Assembly: GCA_009602735.1 (NCBI GenBank)
Contig: WELA01000937.1
Coordinates: forward strand, 97,259-140,639
Length of the DNA stretch: 43,381 bases
Direction: 5' to 3'
Origin: Mesotaenium endlicherianum
Taxonomy: Eukaryota
Positions 32,918 to 43,381 of the stretch are shown here, one piece after another (the stretch's first letter is position 1; the number at the start of each line of letters is the position of its first letter). Below the pieces are notes generated by a model that saw nothing but the letters and a program-made list of their open reading frames with translations, was not told the DNA's origin and made no database searches. A program made the position numbers and the translations under genes.

Positions 32918-34030
32918 AAGAGGTGACAAGTTTTGGAATGTGTTGCGTGCCAACACATAAACATGCACCTTCCCAGAAATGACTGGTGTTGCAAGTATAT
33001 AAGCAAGAGCTAGAACATGGAGAGGCATTCTAGAATCACTCTTGTACTTGCCAAGTTCCAGAAATATATTAATTTTTAAGAAATTATCTCTCTTTCAAGA
33101 AGCTATCACTTGTGTTCAAAGATCCTTGCCTTAAAAATATATAGTATTTTATTTTACGAAGTACATTATCTATCGGTTTCACTACACAACCTGCTTCATT
33201 TAGGTGTTGTCCTAATGGTAAGGTTTACATAAATTGGCAGATTAGAAAGTCACCCTTCATGTCCTCATTATTGTTTCAGTGAACATTAGGTGAGGCAGTA
33301 TGATCTTTTGTGGTCAAATATGATGCTTTGTAGTCAGTTTAAAAACTATGTATTGTGTATCATATTCAAAAGATACTAAGTGTAATCACAAGGATAGTCT
33401 CGATCTTCTTCAGGACGTGGTGTTCACACTAGACAAGCGATCAGCATTTTACTCCAAAAATTGTATTCAAACTTTCTCATACTTCGTTTGGATCAAAACC
33501 CGTCTTAAGGTATGCCTTCATTTGAAGTAGCTTCAAAATAGCGTAAGAAACGTGTCCACTAAGATGGATTCCATGTCTTTTCCTGACACCTCGATACGAA
33601 CTTAGCTTTGATGCAATATATGTGCATATTGTATGCGAGCTTGGGGCCCCGAATCTGGTGATCCACTCAAAACCATTTGAAACAAGAAGAATGTTCTTTG
33701 CCTTCACAATTGTAAGAGCACGAGCCATAAAAAAAACATCAAGGAGAGACACTATCCAATTCTGAATGCTATGCTTATTGCCAGCACTCTTTAACAATTG
33801 CAACATCATATGACGAATTTTTAATTTTAGTAAGAGGTGACGACTTTCGGGAGGCGTTGGGTGCACCTTCCTAGAAACACTTGTGTAGCAAGTATATAAC
33901 CAAGAGCTAGAATATGGAGAGGGCATTTTAAAATTACTCTTGTACTTGCCACATTTCAGAAATGAACTATCTTGCAACAAATTATCTCTCTCAAATAACT
34001 ACTACTTGTGTTTGAAGATCCTTGGCTTGG
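32918..34030. repeat. Diverged ~200-bp direct duplication (about 32918-33132 and 33832-34030) in AT-rich DNA
   Basis: Shared blocks AAGAGGTGAC, TGCACCTTCC, GCAAGTATATAA-CAAGAGCTAGAA, ACTCTTGTACTTGCCA, AAATTATCTCTCT and AAGATCCTTG. Confidence 0.7.
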
Positions 34031-34833
34031 ATAGATGAAGTGTGCGAAATACTTAAATATCCACTACGTGCACAACGCGCTTCATAAATGAAGATGCAAT
34101 TTTTTGATACGTGAGAAGAAATCAACACAGGTAGCTGTTAGCAATCCAACTCCACATATGTTTGCGGCTAACAGAAATGCGAGAATGTGCGAGCCAATGT
34201 AGGTCACTGAAGTCAATCGCTACAACAATCTTTTCTAGGTTTTAGCTGGTGCTAGCGTGTACAGGAGTGTCTTGCAAGACTCGAGCCAAAGAGGGGTGCC
34301 CAATACGTATTTCAAGAGATTCTTGCCATCATATGTTCTAGCTCTGCAACATAATAGTAGGTCCTTCACGAAATATATTGCATGCTTTTTATTTAAGCTA
34401 GCTCATGTCAAACTTGAACCTCTGGTGAATTTCTTGAACGTATATGTGCACAATCTACCTCAACTGCATATACATTAACCTTAGCTTGCCAGCTCTAAGA
34501 AGCAAAGAGTACCTGCGAGCACAAGTGGGGGCGCAAACGCAAGAGTGTATTGCTTCCTTGCAAGTTTTCACTTTTTGATGTTGTGTTCTGGCAATACTAC
34601 TTGTGACCTTTATACTTGACTCTTGCGTCAGGAACCTACTGGATGACTTGTTGTTCTTCCATTATGTTACAGCTTGCATTTGGAAGCTACTTGCATCGCT
34701 AACTTTGAGGTACAAATGCTTTGATATGATTACTTGAGCTCCAAATTGCGTCACAAATTGCGTCACGGCAAGATAATCTGGGAGTCAAAATGCACTCTTT
34801 TCACTTATAATTCAACATACATCGCAGCTTTTG

Positions 34834-37800
34834 CTAGCTGCCGGATGCGCCACCAGCCCCTACAGCCTCCCCTCTCCGCCCAGCAGATTGGGTGATGTGA
34901 TCATTGACTACTCCACTATAAGCAGAACTATGTACACTATTAGTATTATGACTGGCATACTCCCTACCCATAGTCCCTTTCTCCACATCCTCGTTGGTTC
35001 CGCCTATTAGCCTGCTCGTCTCCTGCTTGCCGTCATCGTCCCCCCCGCTTTGGGACCTGCAAATGTCAAACAGGAAAAGAACCCTTTCGAATGCATGAGG
35101 CAAACAAGCGCGCAGAAAAATAAACTCACGCCAATTCCCAGCCATTTTCCGCCTACATAGGTGGACACAGACCTGTAAGTGTCTGTTAATGTGTTTGTGC
35201 GTGTCTAGTATACTGAAGACACTATAGTAGCACTTACAAGTGTGAACGAGGTCAAGGGGTGTGCAATCCTGCCTGTTTGATACGCTTTCAGAACAAGGCT
35301 CTCTCTGCAACTCTTAGTGGGCGAAAGCATACAGGGAGCGAAAGCATAAAGAGAAGAAAAAATGTAGGAGCAGAATGACGCACCCTTCCTCGCCCATGCT
35401 CCACAAGAGCGTCAGCTGTCGGCGCCTCCAGCCCAGCAGCACCACCACACCTGCTCGAAATTACACTCAAGAGATAAGCATGGCCGTTTGTCACATAAGA
35501 GGAGCACCCGGACAGAATTTCTCATAGAAGATGAGCTTTTTCCGAGACAGATCAGAGCCTACCGATACTTTGCAGGTCCCATAAGACTTTAAAAGGGTGA
35601 GAGAGACAAAGGGAGCAGACTGAGGGAGACAACGGGAAACAGTGAGAGAAAGCAGGCCCATTTATACGGCCACATGTGCATGCATTCCCGCCCTGCCCTC
35701 CGCAACTAACTTAAGATAGAGACTAGAATCACATCGTGGTTTGTCGAGGAAGAAAGGAATCTCATTAGAGGCAGGCGCATCTCTAGGCGAGTGTGAGAGC
35801 TTGGAAAATGAATAGGAGAAGGTCGTGAAAGCCTGGGCACAAAGCCGTCAAATGTCACAATTTACGTTTTTAGGACACCAACGGCCCGGCGAGCAGATTT
35901 GAGAGTGAGACGTGTGAGAAAAGGTTGTTGGCATTTAGCAAAAGCAAGCCACAAAACGCGCGGACACAACACCACACACATGCACGCGAAGGGGGAGACA
36001 CACACTAGAGACACACACTAGAAGCACACAACCTCGGGGGGGGGGGGGGGNCGAGGGTGCAGGGAACGAGATACAGCAGCGCTGGTTGCCCGCTGCCGTT
36101 CATGGCCACGAGCGCGCCATATGTCAGCAGCAGACCTGCCGTCGACAAACTCGCGCAGGGGCAGACGCATCTTTTCTTCCGTCAGGGTTCTGAACTTTCT
36201 GTCAGGTCAGGCCTTCCAACTTCAAGTGGTGCCAGCCCTTCTTTTTTTTTAACTAAAATTTATGAAAGACGTTCTCAAAGATTTCAAGAGTGCGAAGCTG
36301 CGCAGGGTCTTCCTTGTCTGCAGCAAGGGAGGGCAAGCAGGCGCACGCGCACAAGTGTCTCCTTTCTGCTCAAGTTTTTTCAGAGAGCGGGAAGGCCTTG
36401 CGGGTGTTGAGGGGAAGCCGGGTTCTGATTTTCCGTCAGGGTTTTGGCTTCCAGCAGGTTGCAGAGTGGGGCAAGCACGCACTTAGATAATTTCTCCTAT
36501 CGGGCTTCGGGGCCCTGGGGGGTTGCAGAGTGGAGATAACAGTATGAGTGCTCGGGCCAATCGTGCGCTATGCTAACCCATGTCGAGCTTACGTTGTGCA
36601 AGTCATAGATTTTGTCGCGAGTAAGTAGGGCTTGCCAGGGAGTGAGTGCGGTGTGCCGAAAAGGTCTGAGAGCGAAGTTCAGGAGGGGCAGGACAATCTG
36701 ATGCCCCAAGATTATTCTCGTCTAAGAGAGACGGATGGCCGGGGCTGAGATAAATAATCGCGTGGTAGAGACATACAGCAGGTGGAAGATAATACTTGGG
36801 GTGATGCTTTGGTGGCGAGCTACGCCTATGATGAAGAAAAAAGGCCTCGACATGCTCAAGTGCCGTATAGGTTAGTTGCGCACGTATGACTGTGCATGTA
36901 GGAAGCAGACAATGTAACACACGTAAGTGCAAGCGCAAGAGCGTGGGGCGCGCGCGCGCGCGTGCGCGCGTGCTCGCACGCTGACAGAACCATTTAGAAA
37001 CAAAGACTATAGGAGTAATGACAGAATAAGCAACCCAATATGAGTTCCAAACTTTCCCTATCAACGGCCACGTTCAACTTGGACGGGAGGGACCAGAGAC
37101 TCCTCGTGACAATCTTAGCAGAATGCCCTTCTGAGTGCGACCGATCGCATGCACAGAGGTCACACGCATACAGGTCACAAGCGTCACACGCAAAGAGTTC
37201 CACGTCGGCACAAAACTTCTTCTGCCGAGCAACGCGTGATAACCCCGCGTTCTTAATCCAGACTGGAGTTGCTCGAGACACAGATTGCAGTTACGCAGCA
37301 CCGAACGGGAGCGTAACGCACGGGAAGGAATCTCAACGTGTTGTGAAGTCCACGCCGGCTCCGGCACACTTCATCTCACAAGGGGAGGTGCCGACAGCAC
37401 AACCAGTCACCACATCGTTTCAAACAGGCGCAAGCCTTCCACCGCCCCCCCACCGCCGCCACCACCGCCGCCGTTGCCGACGCTGCCTCTCTCTTGGACT
37501 TTTCACATTCAAGCTGTGCCTTGGAGACTCCGCTCCGCCTCTCTCATCTCTCTCAAGGGGCGGCTTGAGAAACTCGAGAGTAGCGTAGGTTCAAAGACAA
37601 AGGGCGTGGGTTTCCGTGCGCAACGAATGGGGGGGCTTGCGTTTCGGATTTGGACTCTCGGAGGTGAGGAAGGAGAAAGGTGACGCACCGGCGGCGTAGC
37701 CCACGCAGGCCCACAGAAAGTAGCCCCGCGCGCCCGTCCTGCCCGTCGCATAGTCAAACCTGCCCGCCGGCACCCACAGGGGAGCTCAGGCGCAGACAGT

Positions 37801-38237
37801 TCAGGAGCCAAGTACATTAGCGTGCACACGGCGCATGGTCACCTCTGCCTGGTCCCCCGACAGGAGAGGGCGAAAAAGAGTACATCAGCGTGCATGTGGC
37901 ATTGCATATGCAAACTCTGCCCCCGCAACGGAAGGGGGAGCTGAACACGCAGAGCACGCGCGCGTGTACTTGCGCGCTCGCGGGGAATGACGCAATGATC
38001 GAGGGTGTGCACATGCACGCACGCCACTATTGTATGCCCAACATGCAATTCAGAAGTTTCCGATAACATACACCTCTTGTTACAGATATGGACCTCTGCA
38101 TGTATATACTTGAGAAGGGGTTTTGTAGCTATTACAACACACACACGCATACACACGCACATATCCACATCCACACACGCACACGCACACGGTTGCACAC
38201 ACACACGCACGCACGCACGCTCACACACACACATAGC

Positions 38238-38311
<74 letters not shown>

Positions 38312-38312
38312 N

Positions 38313-38346
<34 letters not shown>

Positions 38347-41300
38347 AATACACACACACAAAATACGACAGTACCACACGCCCGTACTATTCCAAAGGCA
38401 TGATGCACCGGCCTAACCAAAAAATGCCTTGCGTTTCTTCAACTCGGAGGGCACGCACAACGAAACCGCACCTGAGGGTGAAGGCCACCAGCAGGCCCGG
38501 CAGCACAATGTCGCCGAAGCCCAGCAGTGAGAACCCCCCCCACGGGTCCAGCATTCTCGGCACCTCCAGCAGCATGGGCATCGCCTCGCCCCCGCTCCTG
38601 TCGCCCCGCGCCACCTGTTGCGACGAGAGAGGAGGAGAGCAAGCGCGCGCAGACGAGGCGCGGTCCAGCCGCATGGATGTATACATGCACATGCCTCACG
38701 CGCTGGGGACGTGCACGCGCTCTCACATGCAAGTGCACGTGCACGCGGCTGCAAGGAAGCGCACATCGCTAGCACGGCACGCGCTGGGGCGCCGTTCGCG
38801 CGCGCGCGCATGCATTCATCTGCCAAGATGTCGCAGGCGTGCTTCGGAGCTTTGCACCTTCCGGTGAGACCTCTCACATAGAAGAGCACATTACTTACAT
38901 GAAAGGCACAACGGTGCTGTGCGCGCGCGCGCATGCAATCAGCTTCCAAGGCGTTGCAGGCGTGCTTTGGATCTTAGCATGTCCAAGTGAGGGCTTGCGC
39001 AGAGAATTAATATGTGGGCGTACATGTGCGCCTTCTTAAGTCCAAGCCCATATATAGATCCATAGCACGTACACGTTCGCGTGCGCGCGTGTGCGTGTGT
39101 GTGCGAGTGTGTGCGAGTGTGTGCATGTGCATGGGCGCATGTGCATGCGCACATGTGCTTGAAATGACGGAGGGAGGGGACTGGAAGAAGCCTTGATGAG
39201 GGAGGCCCAGTTGGTATTTACAATACAATATGCATGCATGTGTGTATGTGTGCACATGCACATGCACATACATATATCTGCGCGTGCGTGCGTGCGTGCG
39301 TGCGTGTGTGTGCAAGTGCGCGTGTGCGTGCATGCACTAGTTCTGCCGGGGCAGGGCACCGGAGGCTGACAAGTGTACTATCAGTAGACGCATCCATACG
39401 TAGCGTGAGGAATTAGATGAGGTGCATGATGGCAAGATTAACCCCGCAGCAAGTTGGCGGGGCTTCCAATCTTAAGAAAACAAACAAAAGGGGATTCCTG
39501 GGTCTCGGTAATTCTATGTTGACTTGTGCAGTGGTACTATTTGCAGTGTCTAACAACAACAAGCGAGATCCCCGCACGCATCTGTGTGTCGGTAATAACA
39601 ACATTAGAGCATGAAAGAGGAGGTCGAAGGGAAGAAGAAAAGGATGCCTCTGGGTTTTATATTTCTTTTTTGCCAGCAAGCGCAGTCAAACTCAGCCCTT
39701 ACTCGCAGCAGCTTTAAGAGAAGGGCAGACGCGGACATGAGCTTGGCAGAATCACTAAGAAGCCCCCCCAGCGGCTGGGGTGGGGTTTTGGGGGGGGAGG
39801 GNNNNNNNNNNNNNNNNNNNNNNGGGGGGGCAAAGGCCTTTGGTGCAAGACATGATATAAGGAGTTTCGCAAGATTTTGAGGGGCACAATATAGGTTCGG
39901 AAATTTCAGGTCTGGGATATATCAAGGTTCGGATTAGGATTGGGTGTAGGGCTAGGGGGTCAGGGCTAGGGTGAGGGTTAGGAGGTTGGGGTGTGAGGTA
40001 GAGTTCGGGTTATTTTTTGGAAGGGGAAACAACGTACAGCCACCATGACGCTCTCCCCGTGGAAGAGCAGAGGCGACAGGAACACCCAGAAGATGTCGTA
40101 GCAGAACGCCAGCAGCAGCAGCACCGTCGACACCTGGCAGGCCCGCAGTGGCCCCCGCAACCATGCACCGCCGCCACCATCCCAGCGCCTCGTCAGCGTG
40201 CCAGCAAGAGAAGGGCTGGAATATGTACGTATCAATGTGTATTATCGACAGTTGAATATGAAACCTTGGACGCCCCCCCCCCCCCCCCCCCCCCNNNNNN
40301 NNNNNNNNNNNNNNNNNNNNNNNNNNNNNNNNNNNNNNNNNNNNNNNNNNNNNCCCCCCCCCCCCTCCTTACCCTCAAGAGAAAGGGACACACACACGAA
40401 CACACACACACATATGCACACCCATGCACACACGGACGCACGTGCGGCGCAAGCGCACAGATGCACACACACGCACACATACACTATTTCACACGCACAA
40501 GCACGCGCGAACGTGCACACACGCACGCATGAGCCGAACGTACATCTGCACTTCAAAGCAATGCAGCCGTGAAAAACTGTCTGCGATCGGTGAGAATCAG
40601 AGCACGGAAAGCTGTTCAAGGAGAAACAGGCGCACCTTGATGTTGGGCAGGCGGATGGTCTGGAGCACCGCCAGGATCAGCGCTATGCCCTGCCACCCCA
40701 AAAACAATCATTTAAGAGAAAAGGTATAGAATATTAAGAGGTACCCCAGCATTTACGTTGGTACCCACCAGCGCACATCATGGAGGCACCCAATTTGGTT
40801 CTCCACCGCACCCCCACATGCACAGTCACGATCGGTGCACGCACACGTACACACCACATACACATACACACGCGCGCGCGAGCGCACACACGCAAGAGCA
40901 CAGGGACGCTGAGGAAGAAAGCTGCCACTCTGTTAGACCGCATGTCACATCCCCACCATACTTTGGGCACACGCGGCGCACCCACACACGCAAGTATGCA
41001 CGCGTGCGTGCGCATATGAAGGTGCTTGTCTGCGTGCATTGACACATACGAGCGTGTGGGTGTGAGGGTGTGTGCGTGTGTGCGTGTAAGTGTGCCTGTG
41101 TTGTTTCTTACACATGAAGCTGACTCCTCCACTTTTTTTGACAATGTATGTGCACACGTGCGCATGACGCGCCCGTCTACAAGCGACACATGTCAGAACG
41201 TGAACGGTGGCCGGCTCGCGTTCTCCTGTTGCAGTAGGACACACATTTTGAGAGGAGGAGAGAGCAGGCGCGAGCAGATGCGAGAGGTTGGGACGAGATA

Positions 41301-41425
41301 GCAGGCGCAAGTGAGGGAGGGAGGAGAGGAGGGAGGGAGTCAACATGGGCAAAGAGAAAGGAAAAGGAGAGAGACAGCAGATACCAGAGAAGAAGGGCGG
41401 AGAGAGCAGACATGGCTGAAGTGCG

Positions 41426-41505
<80 letters not shown>

Positions 41506-41506
41506 N

Positions 41507-41559
<53 letters not shown>

Positions 41560-43348
41560 TACGAGGGCATCCTGGCCAATCCAGGCCCCAGGATGCTTGC
41601 GATAGACGGCCCAGATCACGGCGCAGGCGGTGCACATCGGCAGCGAGGCAAGCGAGAAGTACGTCACGAAGCCGACACCTGGCAGCAGCACGCCCCTTGC
41701 CGCCCGCTGTGGAAAGCACCTGGGGGCAGGGGGGAAGAGGAAGAGAATGCGATGGGAGGAGAAAAGAAGAGGGAGAAGGGGGGGNNNNNNNNNNNNNNNN
41801 NNNNNNNNNNNNNNNNNGGGGGGGGGGAGGGGGGGAGAGGGTATGAACATGCAATGTTGTGTCCCCTGATTGTGACATGCATGCATGCACACACGCAATG
41901 ATACAGAGGAGAGAATGGAAATAAAAGCGTTTCACATACGCCATCGCACAGAATACTCGTGTATGCGTCCAAAATACGTTTAAGTCCCTCACACGTGCAC
42001 AAAGTACACGATAACAAGAACAGGGTCTTCCCTGGAATGGCAAACGATTAATGGCAAACGACTTATTGTCCTTACCTGCACAACTAGAAGGCACTGCCAG
42101 CAAATTCATTCTCTACATACAGCAATAGCGGACAGCAATAAGGGGGAGCCCAGCAGAGCAGAGAGCTCAGCGGGGCTCCAACCCAGGCCCCCCCAGAGTC
42201 ATAACAGGGAGAGAAGAGATGCGGTACGGCGTCTCAGAGGAGCGGGGGTGCTCACCTGACCAGCAGAGCCATCACGCACGTCTGCAGGCCCTGCTTCCTC
42301 CACAGCCCACACAGAATCGGCGGAGGGGTACACATGCAAACACGCGCCGCCCCACAAGGCAGGCAAGGGGTCAGGGCTGCATGGGGGGGTATAGGGTACA
42401 AGACCGGGGCTCAAAGTGCAGACCCACTAGGCACACTTCCCATCGAAGGAGAGTCGCACGCTACTGTTTGGGATCAGGCTTCAGTTAATCAGGGCTAGGT
42501 TTGGAAACAGGGGGGAGGGCCAGGGCTGTCTGCATCAGGGTGGGGTAGCTATTAGTTTTCAAGTTAGGGTTAGCCTTGACAATTGGGGTTGCGCCTAGGG
42601 TTGGGCTTAGGGTTGGGGCTAGCATCAAGCAAGTAATAGCATCAAGCTGGAGAAGGCCGTTTTGAGGGTGAAATGGAAGGACCAGAAACGCGGGAGAGAG
42701 GGGAAGGGGGAATATAGCTGAGGGGAGAAGGAAGGGGGAGGGGGGAATGAGGGGGTGTAATGAAAGTGAGCATGCTCACAGGCAACCCTACGAGCATGTG
42801 TTCGATGCATACACACACGCCATGCTCTTGCACCCCCCTGCCACCGTCGAGACGGCTTGCATAGACACGAGGACACGAGCACACGAGCAAAAGCACGAGT
42901 ACTCGTGTGCAACAAACACACACACGCACCTCGACGCCCGCTCAGGTCAAGACAACGACAGCAGCAGCAGCAGCAGCAGCAGGGGCAGGAGCACGAGAAG
43001 CCGGGGAGACGGGTGCACGACCGAGGCTCATACAAGAGACGCACACATTCACAGGAGTGGCATGCAGCAGGGCGCGCATAGTTTGCGCACGCGCGCGCGT
43101 GCGCGCGGACACGCACGCACCTCAATGCCGGCGAACGTGAAGAGGACGAGGAGCAGGAGGAAGAACCAGGCGCTCATGAGGTAGAAGATGACGAGCAGCA
43201 TGGCGGACGAGAACACGACGAAGCCGCCCGCAGCCTGCATGGTAATGTCCACCACCAGCTGCTGCTGCTGCTGCTCCGCCTCCTGCTCCGCCTGCTCCGC
43301 CGCCAGCTGGCGCGCCGCCTCATCCTCCTCCTGCTGCTGCAGCGCCGA
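34834..43348 (-). CDS. SPPL: Signal peptide peptidase-like (SPPL, peptidase A22B) gene, last 10 exons: 43348-43121, 42290-42256, 41719-41563, 40689-40636, 40133-40038, 38614-38472, 37759-37689, 36135-36052, 35450-35384, 35056-34834; 5' part lies beyond the window
   Basis: Catalytic YD (FCYDIFWVF), GxGD ([11 protein letters not shown]) and QPALLYLVP motifs; all exon phases compatible; AG/GT borders (one donor hidden by the N at 36051). Confidence 0.93.
38243..38343. repeat. (GA)n microsatellite in an SPPL intron
   Basis: Long pure GA run with one N. Confidence 0.95.
41429..41557. repeat. (GA)n microsatellite abutting an SPPL splice donor
   Basis: Long pure GA run with one N, a few bases from the donor at 41562. 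Confidence 0.95.
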
Positions 43349-43381
43349 CTGTGCGCGTGCATATGGGTGCGGGAAGGGGGG

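Noticed and set aside
37817..42109. Long ORFs with poly-RE, poly-SL, HT or CV runs
   Set aside because: Translations of intronic GA/CA microsatellites in SPPL

Overview
Eukaryotic, intron-rich, repeat-laden genomic DNA with GC-rich exons and CA/GA microsatellite introns. It most plausibly comes from a green-lineage organism such as a streptophyte alga (inference). Left to right: (1) 1-8.4 kb is a three-level nest of LTR retroelements: a Ty3/Gypsy pol fragment, interrupted by an unidentified LTR element with an extra 3' ORF, itself interrupted by a full-length chromovirus with a CTGCT TSD. (2) A minus-strand CYP72-clan cytochrome P450 has four 5' exons visible, one frameshift and no 3' half in the window; its fourth exon lies between two inverted copies of the same chromovirus. 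(3) 22.4-28.4 kb is a minus-strand array of about 9 paralogous, symmetric phase-1 exons, each encoding a ~70-aa module with typically 12 Cys; this is the most novel-looking feature. (4) A 1-kb Mutator-like element and a DIRS-type methyltransferase plus tyrosine-recombinase remnant. (5) The last 10 exons of an apparently intact signal peptide peptidase-like (SPPL) gene. Exon borders and repeat ends were read by hand, and no database searches were possible.
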